Assembly (NCBI GenBank): GCA_977018835.1
Contig: OZ361257.1
Span: 3,720,001-3,784,000, forward strand
Direction of reading: 5' to 3'
DNA from: Minutocellus sp. GHC0000111
Taxonomy: Eukaryota
Length of the DNA stretch: 64,000 nt
The notes beneath the pieces were generated by a model. It did no database searches. It was not told where the DNA came from and saw only the letters and a program-made list of their open reading frames with translations. Below are positions 11,144-25,223 of the stretch, piece by piece; within the stretch, counting starts at the first letter, position 1, and each line of letters starts with the position of its first letter. Position numbers and translations under genes: made by a program.

Positions 11144-13781
11144 CTAGTCCATGAGGAAAATATTCGCTTCCTTGGAGAGAAATGCCTGCAACCCGCGCGC
11201 AGTATTCCTCATGAATGGAAAGACAGCATTTTGCATTACTTGGGCGAACTGCTTTCGCTGGGATAACACAGCTTGCGCAAACTGCTTCGATAGGTTTGCG
11301 AGGGTCGGTGATCCACTCATTCTCGTGCTGCGGGGAAGGGCGATCTCGAAACGCTGCTTGGTGATCTCTGAGTGCACATTGATGTTCAATTTTCCAGTGG
11401 TGGTGTCTCTACTCTGTGTGATGAATACATCGTCAAGAGTAGGTCGCGCCTTGCATTCGTCCGCGTCACCGAAGGGCTGATTCCGAGCTTCGAGCCCTGC
11501 TGAATCGGACTGCACGGCCGCGCCTCTTGTTCGCATGAAAGCTATCGCTACGGCAAGGACACCAACTCCGACGGCAGCCATCAACTGCATCTTTCTCTTC
11601 CGGCGTCTCTTCTTGAGCCGAGCCTCATTGTCACCGTCAGGACCCATCCCAGATGCAATGACTGCCTGTACTGTTTGAATCCTGGCCCCTTCAGATGAGA
11701 CCAATTTGATATAACCAACCTTGTCGTCTACCTGCGGAAGCATGTTTGTATTTTCTTCTTCCTTGCCCAATTCATTTTGTTGAGGAGAGGATAATTTCAC
11801 TTCTCCGAGGAAACGCTGCCGAAGAACTTCATCAGAAGGAGCCAAAGGCGATAAAGCCCAGCTTGGAGGCGGTTTCAACAAAGCAATAGATGACGATTGA
11901 GCAAGTAGAGGCTGAATGGTATCATCAAGAAAATATCTCTTGGATAGAGTAACAAGCTTTCTCGGTGGGATCCGACGCCTGAGCGAAAATCAATTGAAGG
12001 AGCAAAGGTTTGCGGTGAGACGTTGCAATGAAAATCACTTCTCAAGCTAACTGGCCACGAAATACAACTCACATGTAGGAAAGAGACAAGTCAATCAGAC
12101 TCTCGAAATGCACACGAGGAGGAGCTCGGGCACTGTATATGGAGGCAGATGCCATACTTGGTGCTTGGCTCATAGCCATACTGGCGTCGTCCTCGACTTC
12201 CATGTCGTTGGCCGGTCCTGATGATGAGAAATCGTCGGAAAAGAAAGATGCCTCGCCCATCGTACTGCTTCCAAGTGTCGTCTCATCTTCTTCGGGGCCG
12301 TCGCCATCATCTGACACGTACCCCCCATCGATGCCCCCCTGATATCTCCAACCAACACTGCATGAATTTCTTGGCAAGTGAGTAATGGCATTGTGGACGG
12401 CAGAGAATTCGCTCTCGGCGTGGATAATCTCCATTCGATTCACGGGGTGCAGGAGCATAGCTACTGCCATGTAGACGGGCATCAGTGGATGACTGACAAG
12501 GAAACAATCGAACAAGCGCTTCACGACATCAGTGTCCCGAACATCATGGGAGAACCAAGTGATAATCCAAGAAATGGCAAAGAAGGGTTCCATATCTACC
12601 TCCCAAAGCTTCGCGTGGTCCTCTTTGTCAAGGGCGGCAATCAGGGGCATCATGATCAAGCGAAGAGCTGCCGACAGCGATTGAAAGTCGGACTTCATGG
12701 CGTCGCGAAAGTGCGACCGACTGATCTGGAGCAAAACACTCGATGGCAAGTCCAGGCCCATGGCCGATGCAGCGAGGGCTGCTTGATCAACGGATCGAGA
12801 GCTACCCTTCAACTTCGAAGCCATCTCGGCGCTAATATTCCCGGGTGCCCCGGCTGTAATTGAAGCGCCGCCAAGAACGTTGAGAAAGATACACGAAACA
12901 TCGTGATAGCCCTGATAATACCGCAGTCGGTCGTCTTCGTCTTCGCCGTTCTCATCAGATATAAAGTCGTAACTTTGAACTAAAACCAAATTGATAAGAT
13001 TGCCCAGCCTTCGTTGTTTCTTCTTCAGAAGGGACTCCATCCGCTGAGAATGTTTTTCGATCTTGGCCATGTTTCGCCGCCGCTGACGCTGACTACCGGT
13101 CAAGAGGTGCCACGTACAACGCGCAATGTCGCGATCAATCTGCTCGGCATCAAGACAACGGGCCACAACACCCCGTCTGGCCTTGGCAGAATCGAGATTG
13201 ACCGGATCAATAACAGCAATGGCTGCCTCGGTCGCGGTCATTCCATCGTTACCTGCAGTGCCAGCAATTGTTTCGACCGAGGCATCGGCACCACCACCAA
13301 TGGCGTCCAGGACCGTCCCCTCATTATGAATGCCAACCAACTTGGGCCAGGCACGTTTGCGGATGGAATCATTGACCAAACCACCCTCGGTCAAGGCCAG
13401 CTCCCGCAATCTCCAAAGGTCAACCTCGTCAGCGGCCAGGACTGCCTCGATCTCCTCGACCTTGCGGTCCAGGGCCGTGGGAGGTCGACTCCGGCCCTGC
13501 TTGCTACCACCACCCACGCTCTTCTTTTTGTTGTACTTCTTCTTGTTGGAAATTCTGTGCTTTCGGGGGCTGATATTGCTATTGCTGTTGCTGTGGCCGT
13601 GGCCGGTTGCATCAACCACGTCCACGACATCGAATTTCACGGGAACGGACGCACCGCTCTCAGACGCAGGTGTGGGTGCCAGTGCTGGTGGTTGGGCATC
13701 GGCCGAGGCGCCGCTGCCCTCGACAGATACACGAGGAGGGACTGTCGCACTGGGAGAGGTCGGTGGGCGGGGAGGTCTCAT
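11144..13781 (-). CDS. TBC-domain Rab GTPase-activating protein (TBC1D20/Gyp8-like) with C-terminal hydrophobic segment; 2 exons, intron about 11979-12072
   Basis: IRKRAWPKLVG, QIDRDIARC, YYQGYHDV, FAISWIITWFSHD; splicing joins ..SYM-RRIPPRKL.. in frame with ORF 11144-11881. Confidence 0.85.
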
Positions 13782-14284
13782 TCTGATTTGGTGATGTATT
13801 AATACCTACGAGTACGATCGTACTTGGGAGCAAATCAAAATCCAAACGGTGACTTCTCGCAAAATTCAAATGAACCGGAGGTTGTGCTAAAAAATAATTC
13901 TCTCGTCAATGATGAGTGGAAGGCTCCTTTCCGGTCCAGGGCTGATTGTGGTGGTACCTTGCTGGACAGGGAAGTGATGAGAGATGAGGTCGGTGCAGGA
14001 GAGAACGGCCGCCGTGTAACCAAGCTGTTGCCGGTACTCCTAGGCTAGTATCTTCCTCGAGGCATGAGATGTGATGTGCTGTTTGAATGAAATGCGTTTT
14101 GTGGTTTTGATGAATCTTTCTGATCGACGCTTTTTCAGCGTCATTTCGACATGTGCGGCATGAAGGTCGGCCAATAGCGATGCGTAGGCCTACCTAGGTA
14201 CATGTCATGTACGCGTCTGAAGGTCATCGCACATAAATTAGCCTTCAAGATGGCCATGTTCTCCGTCGGCGTCCGCAGAGCACG

Positions 14285-17200
14285 ATGAGCACCAGCCAAT
14301 ACGACGAGGAGAGGCGGCGACAGAGGCGGAGGTCGTCGCAATCCCGCCCAGACACGACGGCAACGACTGCCTTCGTTGAGGAACATGAGCGCAGGCTGAG
14401 CGATGCCGATGGCGGGAGCGGGAGGCGTAGTGGTGACCGCCGGCGCCCCTCGTCCTCCGGCTCGAGAAGAATTAGAGAGGAAGACGATGGCTCTCGTCGT
14501 AGCGCTCGTAGATCGGGCAATGAGAGCGTTGGCAGCGGTGACAGTCGACGGGGCAGTAGCAGCGGCCACAGGTCTCATTCGTCCAGCAGTCACCATCACC
14601 AAGCACAAAGAACAAGCAACAGCGGACGACGACATTCCAGCGAGCGGAAGGAGAAGGATCGAGTGGCGGCAACTGCTGCCTCTTCGGCCTCTGCCCATTC
14701 TCGGAGGAAAGGTGGCGATACCAGCAGCAGCAGTTCCCGCGCAACGACAAAGGGTCCCGATCCTCGTCCCGTGACTTCTAGAGAGGAGGTGATGAAACGA
14801 GCCATGGAAGAGCGCGGTGACAGCTCCCGCTCGTTGGTTTCGGATGCACCTATCCGCCCAATGTCCAGTCATGGCAGATCCAGTTCATCAAAAGGACGAC
14901 GAAGTTCGCAGCCAAGGATACCAACCGCAATATTGGAAGAATCGTCACTCAGCAGCTATCATTCACACGATGGGTCTGAGGAGGAACTCTTGTCCATACC
15001 AGGAGGAGGAAGATCACCAAGGGCACACCAGTCTACAAGTGGGAAAGGTTCTAGGAAGAACCTTGAACGTGATAGGACGATCCAATCAGCCAGGTCAGTC
15101 ATGATGCGCGAGTTGAGCGGATTGAACAACGAGGTCGACGACGGTGATATCCCTTCAGGGTCAGGAATGACTGATTCTACTCGAGAATCACTTCGTTTGT
15201 CCCCTTTGACTGTGGTGACAGATGGTAGAGAAGGAGGGGGTAGTAAGTACCAGTACCGAGGGGAGAAGCGAAGCCGAAGACGACTAGTTGATAACAACCT
15301 TGCATCGGCCAGCGCATCGGCATCTGCATCGACGTCGGCAGCATCGGCATCAGTATCGGGAGATGAGTCTGGCTCGGCCACTCCAGCTGCTCAGCAAATT
15401 ATCAACAGCTTACTCTGGTTCAAGTTCCACGCTCCTCGGTGTGTCTTTGATGACATTATGGAAAAGTGCAACACATACGAGGAAGAAATGGTCAGTGGCG
15501 ATGATCAGTCCTTCGGAGTTTCTCGTCGAGGTAGTGACGACATTCTGTCGATTGGATCGGGAGGTCATTATGGAAGGCGAACGAGTATGGAAATATCTCG
15601 TAGGGGGAGTGATGGAATGATGAGCACTGGTCACAGTAGCGCATCGGCCATTCCAGCATCACGCAAGGGAAGCATGGACATGCTATCTGTAGCATCGTCT
15701 GGAAGGCGCGCAAATAGACGTTCCTCTATGGAAGAGGGATCTGTCGCGTCTACAGGTGTGGATAGGCTGGAAGCCCTGGCTGGTGTAATGGGAGGTACTG
15801 GCAGAAGAAATAGTGCAATGAGCATCCTCAGTGGTAATAGAAGGAACAGTGGCTTATTTTCTGTCGCTTCAGGAGACTTCAGCGAGGACAACGATGATCT
15901 TGGAGCTACTTTAACCCTCCCGCACAGCACCCGTCGAGAATCGTCTTTGCTCTTCGTCGACATCAGCGGCTTTACAAAGCTTTCTACCATGCTTGATGTA
16001 GAGGAGTTGTCCAAGGCCATCAACAGCTACTTTGAACTCATTGTGCATGAGATTACAGTTCATGGCGGTGACATACTCAAGTTCGCTGGAGATGCACTCT
16101 TTGCAGAGTGGTCCGCAGTAAGCGAAGATCTGGATTTAGCGGAATGCACCAAGGCGGCGGCAATGTGCGGAGCAAGCATTGTGAAAAAGGCGAGCGGGTT
16201 CAAGGTTTACGGGTCGAAAGGCAAAGGATCGAAGAATAAACAAGTCAGCGCCGGCAGCAACATACGAGTTCGTGTCGCCACGCTAGACGTACATTGCGGT
16301 CTCGGGGTTGGTCCTTTGACCGGCCTTCACGTTGGCAATGTCGGTGCAACTCGTGGAGGACCAATGCAAGTGGAGAACAGGAGAGAATATTTGTTTCTTG
16401 GAAGTCCGATCGATCAAGTGGCAAAGGCTGAGGTAAGTATGGGAGTGAAGCAGATGAGCCTTAACCCAACACGAGCCGATATTTCCCTTGCTAATGTCTT
16501 TCCAAACCTTTTATTTTTCTTAATTTGCCTCATCGCCTTTTCTACAGGAAATTGCCCAAAAAGGAGAGCTAGTGGCAAGCCCAGAAGCAATCAAGATGCT
16601 ATCAGAAACATGTGTATTGCCGAAACCTCTTTTATTATTCGGAGAACCCAGCCGTCATTGCACTGAGGTCAGACTTTTACGTGGAGCCAAGGTCTCCCTG
16701 TCGATCACTTATTTCAAACCATTCTGCACCAGGAGATCACAGCGAAGACGATGACCTGGAGGAATTAAGAGAGCGTTGCAAGGAATTGTCGGCCCCAATT
16801 TTGGATCACGCCCGAGATCAACTTGGCCTCTATGTGCATCCTGTTGTTCGCGGAGACTTGCGAGCGCTGACTTCGAAGCGCTTGTCAGTCGAGGGACACA
16901 GAGCAGAGGCTGAGCTCAGAAATGTATTCGTGCTCTTTATCTGTCCCAAAATATCTGCTCAAGTTACTGGTAATCCAGTCGAAGACGCCAGACTATTCGG
17001 CGAGCTGAGTGACATCATGATGGTAACAATGCGTGCTCTGGATCGGCACCAAGGACAACTCCGACAATTTATTGTGGATGATAAGGGTGTTGTTTTGATT
17101 GCTACCTGGGGATTGCGAGGATCGACCTTTCCCAACATGATAGGAGATTATTCTTTACAAGCTACTATGGCTATTCACGAAGACCTAGTCTCGGAATTAG

Positions 17201-20200
17201 GAGTGAGGACTTCCATCGGCGCAACATTTGGCAAGGTATATTGTGGCGTTGTCGGTGGAGTAAAGAGGCATGAATTTGCCGTTCTCGGTCCTTCTGTGAA
17301 TCTCGCCGCAAGATTGATGGCATCGAAAGAAAATCCGGGCATCTTGGTCGATGCGGAAGTCCGCAAGCAGGGAAAGAATGCATTTGTCTTCAAGAGTTGC
17401 GGTAGCATTCAAGCAAAGGGATATGCTGATCCCGTGCCCACGTTTCAACCTCTTCAAGCCATCCAGAGAAAAAGTATCACGTCGGTCGGTGTTGTTGGTA
17501 GAAAGAAAGAAGAGAAGGTCTTTGTCGACCTTACACGAAACATATTGGAGCGCTCACCGACCAAAGCCAACATGGTAGTGCTGCGTGGCGAAGCCGGCGT
17601 AGGAAAAACCTCAATATTGAATCACGCTGCAGATAAGATTCGGTCCTTTTGTGGTTTGTATCATCGACACGTTTGCATCTGTCGCACATCGTGTAAAACG
17701 GATGAAGAGTTGGTTCCCTTCAGGTGAGTTTGCCTTATTTTGTTTGTTCGATTCGGTTGCTGTGTAAGATCATCGGTCTCACTGCTCAATGGACAAACTA
17801 ATCAACTTTTCCCATCGCTTTCTTCCGTCTTCATCGATATACTCCAGCGCCTTCCTTGGCATCTTCCTCTACGCCATTCGAGAGTACTGCCTTTTTGATG
17901 GGACATTGAGTGCGACAAATCGACGCGAAAGTCTCGATGCACTGAAGAACACCGTTCTTCGACGAAATAGTCTTGGTGACAGCAGCACCGTGGTCACACG
18001 GCGAAATAGCGGAGATCACATGGGAGGGCCTAAAAGAGCCAGACGAAGAAGTAGTATGCATGGAGACGCGGTCGGTGAAGACGGGAATGCCGCCATGGTT
18101 GAAATACCATACCTTGAAAAGATGCGCTGGGTTTGTAAAGACCTTGGTTACGAAGAAGAATATGCTGACATCGTCGGATCAAGACTTCTCGACATCGAAG
18201 GAGCCGACTACAACACAACCACAGTGAACGGTGAAGTCCCAACCCTTGACACTGTGGTAGATTTTTTGGCCCAAGCATTTCTACGGTTCACTTTGCATGC
18301 CGGAGTGGTGCTCGTTACGGCGGATGATATCCATTGGATGGTAGGAATCGTTCAATATTTGCTTCAGACTTTTTCGATTCCGATAGATTGTTTGCTCATC
18401 GTACCAGCTCACCACATCTTTCCCCATTTTTCGTTGTTTGATTAATTTTAAGGATACATTGTCTTGGAATGTACTCGAGGCGCTTTTTGAGCAGGGAGAA
18501 GATCTGCTATTGCTTTGTAGTGCGAGAGATAACGAGCGTTCATCCAAACTCCGAATATCCGAAGCAAGGAAATGGGGTGGGGACGAAGGAAAGCAAAGAT
18601 TCCGGCATATTCCTGTGGGTCCGCTAGAGGAAAGTGACATGAAACATCTGATTGCAAGAGTCCTTGGACAAGCAGAAACAGCCATTGATGATGAGTTTTG
18701 CGAGCAGCTACACGAGCGAAGTGGCGGTGGAGTTCCAGTCTTTTGCATTGAGCTTCTTGATCACATTCGACGCAATATGCTTTATGAAATCGATGAAAAG
18801 GGGACTGTTCGTTTGCATCTGGACAAAGACGGGGAACAGGTGAGATTTCTTCCTTGCTCAACGTCGATTTTTATTATCTGTGCTGAACCTCTCACTTTCT
18901 TCATCGTAATCCTTTACTACTACGTCTATCTATCCTTGGAAAAGTCAAAATATGGGAGTGAAAGCATCCTTGACGAGATTTTTCTCCAGCGATTCGATTC
19001 CCTTGATGTACATGTCCGCAAGGTCCTGCAATCCTGCGCAATTTTAGGCATGGAATTTCGACTTGCAGATGTGAGGAAGGTCAATCCAGATTATCTCTAT
19101 GGAGATACGCTGGAGAGGTCTATCGCGGCAGCAATAGCAGACCGTATTTTGATAGATTCTGTCACCGAGGATGACTCAACTATTGCAGATTCTTCAAGTA
19201 GATTTAGCGGGTCTGGCGCCTACAGCGGGTCAGGTGCCTATAGCACTGCCGATTTCAGCGCATCAACTGGCTCAAAATCATCCTCTGGAGGCGACCATTT
19301 CTTTCGCTTTGCTACCACAATGTGGCACGAAACTGTAATGCGCACAATGCTCTCTGATAGACAAGTAGAGCTGCACAAAAATGTTGCCCTTTCTATGGAA
19401 GCGGAGGGCATATCTGATACCACTGACACCAAAACACTATTAAAGTTGTTTGAACATTGGAAAGCCTGTACAGAGTTTGGTAAGTAGGGATCCCTATCGT
19501 TGCATTGCTTTGTTGGATTCAACCTCTCTACTCTTCTCGCCACACCTTAGAAAAATATCTAACTCCTTTTCTGCCGATGGATCCTGCGCTTTTTCTTTCA
19601 TGGAATCAATATAAATATTACCTAGGTACAGGCAATGCTGCCCCTTTGGCACTCGCAATTGGCGCACGCCTAGAAGAGTTCGAATCGTCCCAGCAAAGTC
19701 TTGACTTGTACTGCGATGTCCTAAAAATGTGGAGAACTGATACCAAGATCAATGCTTCACTTGAGACTCTTACCGCCTGGTTTGAGCCATCACTTTCGAC
19801 CAAGGCTCTCGAATATACTGTCAAACTCAAGACAAGAATCGGCAAATGTCTATGCGATATGGGCGAAATGGAGAAGGGAGCTCTCGGCTACAGAGATGCC
19901 TACCTGGTGAGTTTTTTTATTTGGGCTAAATGAATCTCGATGGTAGACTCCTCCCAAGTACCTAGGTACTCTTTGTGATGATTCCATTTCACCAACCTAA
20001 TGCTTTCCCATCTCTAATAATTTACCCACCCATTACATTAGCTGATGACGAGACTCCCTGCATCGCACACTGTCTCGCGCAATTTACTTTTCCCTGTCAT
20101 TTCTGGTCTTTGGCAATCCATTCCTTGGGATAAGGTGCTCTCCGATGAAAATAAATGCGACTTTAAGCTCGAGAAGGAATTAGTCCAACGCTTCATAAGG

Positions 20201-21337
20201 GAATCCAAAGAGCATGGAAGCGCTAGTGACATTTGCCGGGCCCTAGCGATGCAGGCATCGTTATTTGCTAGGATGAGCAATTTCGACAATGCCCTCGCAG
20301 CTCAGAAAGATCTTGAGCGAGTGTATGTAATATCCAAGCATTCAGCAAAGATTGTCAATCAATATGGCAGCGATTTTTCCGCCATCAGTTACGGCAATAG
20401 CGTTCAATGGTACGAGATGATTGGAGATAAGGGAAGCTCGCTCGAGCAAATTGAATTTGTTGTGAGGAAAATCATTCCAAAATTTCCTCCAATTGCGGTG
20501 CATGATATTTTCAGCTGTCTTTTCCCGATCATCATGGTTATGAAAGACCACGGCTTTGGACGCGAGGCAAAGGAATTGCTCAAGAAATATGTTTTGGAGC
20601 GTTTTACTCTGCTCGGTTTGTCATCTTCAACGTACTGGTGAGTCAAACCACAATATGACTGGAGCAAGCCTCTTGTATTGTAGCAGATCCAACCAACTTA
20701 ATTTGTTCATTTCTTTTCTCAAACAACTCGAATTCATTTTTCATTGATTTTGTCCGCAGGTACCCACTGTACAAGCCCATAAAAATCTTGTTAGAGCTAG
20801 TAATCTTGGATGATTCCTGTGTGCCACGAGATGAGACACAAGACAAGGCGCTAAATGAAATCGAGAAGTGGGTCCTTCAGGCGGGCAGGTTGAGTCCAAT
20901 ATCAGCTCTCGAGCGGAATGGACGAGTGATTCGAGGTGAAATTTGCTGGCGACTGGCAAGGCGGAAGAGTCGAGGTCATCCATCCCAGCTACGACTCATT
21001 GAAAAGGGTACAAAGAATGCCCTCGATGCCATGAAAACCATGAAGCGAGATGGCCAATATGCCTACATGATGAAGACGGCATACGTTGTAAGTGCAATTT
21101 ATGTTTTAATGGCGAATGGTGGTACAAATCGCTACCAACAATCTCCACCAGAATACTCTCACACAATTCTTCTTCGCCAAAATGTTCTCACCATCATTTC
21201 AACCTCAGATATATCGAGACTTGCAAGAGATTCAAAAGGACGTTGACGAAATGAAGAAAGCCCGGGAGAAGAAAGAAAGGACGTCCAAGTCAGATGAGAA
21301 GAAGAAGGCATTCATCCTCCGGAGATCCAGCGATTAG
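14285..21337 (+). CDS. Soluble adenylyl cyclase (ADCY10/sAC-like): two class III cyclase domains, P-loop NTPase and helical C-terminus; multi-exon, apparent +1 frameshift near 16630
   Basis: LFVDISGFT..KFAGDA, QFIVDDKG..RHEFAVLGPSVNLAARLM, Walker A GEAGVGKT, Walker B-like ADDIHW; GT-AG introns link ORFs 14285, 16612, 17789, 18438, 19505, 20045, 20788 and 21209-21337. Confidence 0.85.
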
Positions 21338-21373
21338 GTTGATGTCTACATTTACTAGCTAACTTGATGTGAG

Positions 21374-22579
21374 CTAGGTGCGTGCAGTCAGAGCACTGTG
21401 GCCGACTGCAGATAAATTTTGTGTCGGGTCTTCCTCGTCGGTCTGAGTTTTTGGTAATTGATTGACCGATAAAGTCGCTGGGACGTTTGTTTGAGCGATG
21501 CAAGTCTGACCCTGATCTCGTTTCTCGGCCTCGAACCTTTGGAATAGTACCTCATACCGAAATTTGAGATCACTCAACTCGGCCTCAGCCTCTTGGAGGC
21601 TTTGCTTGTGCACCTTCAAGTCGGCTTGCTGCTGTTTGCACAAATCTCTTCGCTCAACGAGGGCCTTGACATCACGAGATGCCTGTTCCAATGGCGCCAC
21701 AGTATTGCGATTCGTCGACGCCGCCTTTTCGAGCTCACGATCTCTCTTACGCTGCTCCTTCTTCAACCGAAGTACTTCGTCCTTGAGAGACTTGATAAGA
21801 TCCAAGTTCTGGTATAGGGCGTCATTGTAAGGTCGATGTCAATCTGCCATCTCGACCTCGTGGCGCTTCAATGTCTCTGCAACCCTGTCCTCGATGGTTC
21901 TCTCGACTTTTGCAACTTCCTGTACTCGTTTCCTTCCCAACTCTTCCTTTTCCCGCCTGAGCTCGCGTTCGGCACGCGACGCAATGTTTGCGGAACGACG
22001 TTGGTGATCTTCCCGCAGCTCGCCGATATGTGAAAAATGCTCCTCTTGCAGGCGCCTCAGGTATTCCCCGTGCAATGATTCCACCTCTCGTAATTTTGAG
22101 CTGTGCTCATTTCGTTCCCTGAACAGCTTGTTCTGCTGCATCATGTGCTCGTCTTGCAAGATCTTCAACTGCGACTGTGTCTTTGTCTTGGCTCGTGCAA
22201 GTTCATCGTCGTGGAAGGATAGGGTTCGTTTGATTCCATCGCGTTTACCATCCAATTCTGTTCGACGATCATTCTGGATCGACAGCAGTTGGGTCTGCTT
22301 GGCTTTCAATACCTCCTTTTGCGCTTCAAGATCTTGCTTCTCAATGTCCCACACTCCTTGGATCTTTTGGGTCCTCTCGCGAAACTCGGCTGCTCTGTCT
22401 TCTTCTACAGTGCTTTGATTTTGGAGATGGACTGCTCGTTCAATGAGCTCGGCACGTTTCCTTGCTTCGTCCTCGGCAGCAGTAGCAGCAGCATCACTGT
22501 CGGTAGATCTAGCAGCAGTGGGGCCATTTCCCTTTTTCTTGCCACCACCACTGCCCTTTTTCTTTGCCTTCGGTGGCAT
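21374..22579 (-). pseudogene. GAS8: GAS8/DRC4 (dynein regulatory complex subunit 4) homologue, divergent, with in-frame TGA at 21841-21839; pseudogene or sequence error
   Basis: Coiled coil collinear with GAS8: MPPKAKKK start, KIQGVWDI, RHEVEMAD*HRPYNDALYQNLDLIKSLKDE, LKFRYEVLFQRF; the two ORFs are in the same frame. Confidence 0.7.
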
Positions 22580-22884
22580 GCTTTAGAAACTAACAAGACA
22601 CGAAATAGAAAAGAAAAGAACAATACATGCATGTACGTCGTACCATGCGCTTTCTATGGCGCCTCCTCTAGATCTAATCCTCGCCTCAACGGCACTTCCG
22701 TTCCATTCCAACATCGAGCCTTCCCACTAGCGTCATCATGACGTGGACGTCTTTCCGTCATCAGTCTCCGACGCTCATTCTCGTCCGTCCAAATCGATGC
22801 TCCACACTCGAGGATACGAGCCGACAACTAACTAAACGCGAACTGTTATCAAAGCAACGCCCGACGGCTCTACCTTACCCCAAC

Positions 22885-24998
22885 ATGTCCAGTAGCAACA
22901 TTCCCGCCGATCCTGCTTCCCTTCGCGTGGGATGCGTCGGAGGAGGACAGCTCGGTAGAATGATGGCGCTCGAGGCACCTCGGCTCAACCTTGCCATGAC
23001 CTTCCTGGACCCGTCTGGTTCGAACTCGCCTGCCGCCCTCGTTGTTGGTGGGCAAAACGTCCTCGAGGGCAAGCTCAATGACGAGGGCAAGCTGCGAGAG
23101 TTGGCCAATGGCTGCGACGTTCTTACCGTCGAGATTGAGCACGTTGGAGTGGATACCCTTGCCAAGCTCGAGTCTGAGGGCGTCAATGTTCAGCCTTCCA
23201 GCAGAGTTGTGGGCATCATCCAGGACAAGCTCACCCAAAAGGTAAGAGAGCAAATTGACTGGCCGCTGAACTTAGTTCGAAACATATGCGTATTGATTGT
23301 ATGGGCTTTGTGGTTGCCGTGGATCTCTTTCATTGACGTAACATGAGTTGACATAACATGACATTATTGCCAATCTATCGCACCAACACAAATCATCTCA
23401 TAATTTTTAAAATTACTTCGAATGATCTCTCGCCTGCCCCAAAAGAACCACTTCCGCGATCATGGAATCCCCCTGCCGCCCTTCTCGGAGACGCCATCGG
23501 TGCAAGGTATTCGTGATGCTGCGAGTAGACTCGGTCTGCCCCTAATGCTGAAATCTAGAAGGGGCGGTTATGATGGCCGCGGCAACGCTGTCCTCAAGAA
23601 TGATTCCGACGAAGCAATCAAAGAGGCTCTTACCAGTCTAGGTGTCGACACGAGCAATGGCCTTCCCGATGGCGAGCTCGATCTATACGCCGAGGGTTGG
23701 ATCAACTTCCATTCGGAAGTTGCCGTCATGGTCGTCCGTTCGACTACTGGTGAAACACGTGCCTATCCCACCGTTACCGCCATTCAGACGGATTCCATTT
23801 GCCGTGTCGTACTGGCTCCAGCTAGGAATGTCCCTGCCGATATTCGATCATGGAGTGAGGAGATTGCCTCCCGCGCTGTTGATTCGCTTGGAGATGGTGC
23901 GACAGGAATGTTCGGGGTGGAATTGTTCCTGGTGAAGAATGCGTCTGGTTCTTTGGACGTGCTGTTGAACGAAGTTGCTCCCCGCCCGCACAATACGGGA
24001 CACTACACCCAAGATGCGTGCGCCGTTTCTCAGTTCGAAAATCACTTGAGGGGCGTCTGTGGCCTTCCTCTCGGTGACACTAACATGAGTGTGGGAGCTG
24101 CTGCCAGTGAGTTTGGAATATTGCTGAAATTGTTCCCACTTATTCGACCAAAAATAATTCCCATGAGACTCACTCCATTATTTTGTTTTCTATCACCTCT
24201 TATCCGAATCCAGTGGTCAATGTCCTTGGTGCACCTTCTGGAACTGCCGAAGATACTATGAAGGGTATCAACTCGGCTTTGTCGATCTCGCGTGCGGTTG
24301 TTCATTGGTATGGAAAGGCCGGCTGTCGTGCTGGACGAAAGGTCGGTCACATCAATCTTACGGCAGACTCACCCGGAGAGCTTGATGGACGTCTCTCTGA
24401 TCTTCTTGCTCTGGAGGGTATTGACGAGAGTGTGATTCCTGGCGATGGTCTTGGCAAGAGTCCTCTTGTTGGTGTCATTATGGGATCTCAGAGTGACCTG
24501 CCGACTATGCAGGCTGCGGTCGAAATTCTCAAGAAGTTCGATATCCCGTACGAGGTGGATATTGTTTCAGCCCATCGCACACCGGACAAGTTGGTTTCGT
24601 ACAGTCGGTCTGCTGCAGGCAGAGGATTGCAAGTTATCATTGCTGGCGCTGGTGGCGCTGCTCATCTTCCTGGTATGGTTGCTGCCATGACGCCTCTTCC
24701 AGTAATTGGCGTTCCAATCAAAACATCCACCCTCAACGGACAGGACTCGCTCCTCAGTATTGTGCAGATGCCCCGTGGCATCCCTGTCGCCACTGTTGCC
24801 ATTGGCAATGCACAGAATGCTGGAGTCTTGGCTGTTCGTAATCTTTGCGCAAGCCGACCTTTGCTGAGAGAGAAGATGGAGCAATATCAGACAGAGCTCA
24901 AGGAAATGGTGAATGACATGAGCACAAAGTTGCTTGACCTCGGCTCTGATAAATTCCTCGAGGGAATGGAGAACAAGAACAAAGCCGTAAATGTTTGA
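22885..24998 (+). CDS. ADE2: Phosphoribosylaminoimidazole carboxylase, PurK-PurE fusion; exons 22885-23241, 23446-24106, 24214-24998
   Basis: [27 protein letters not shown], then the PurE motifs [28 protein letters not shown]. Confidence 0.95.
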
Positions 24999-25223
24999 AG
25001 AAATTCATGCCAGAGGGTCAACTACATTACTTCACACTTAATATTTTCATCATCACAAGGAGTTATTTACTTACGACGTACATGCGTTGATAACAGGAAA
25101 ATAAACAAATTACAGCTGTAGCAATTTATTTGCCAATAGCAAGGTTATTACACTACGCAGAAAAATCATCTCTAGAGTACATTCAGAGCCCTAGCTAGCT
25201 AATAGGTACATTCATTGACAAAA

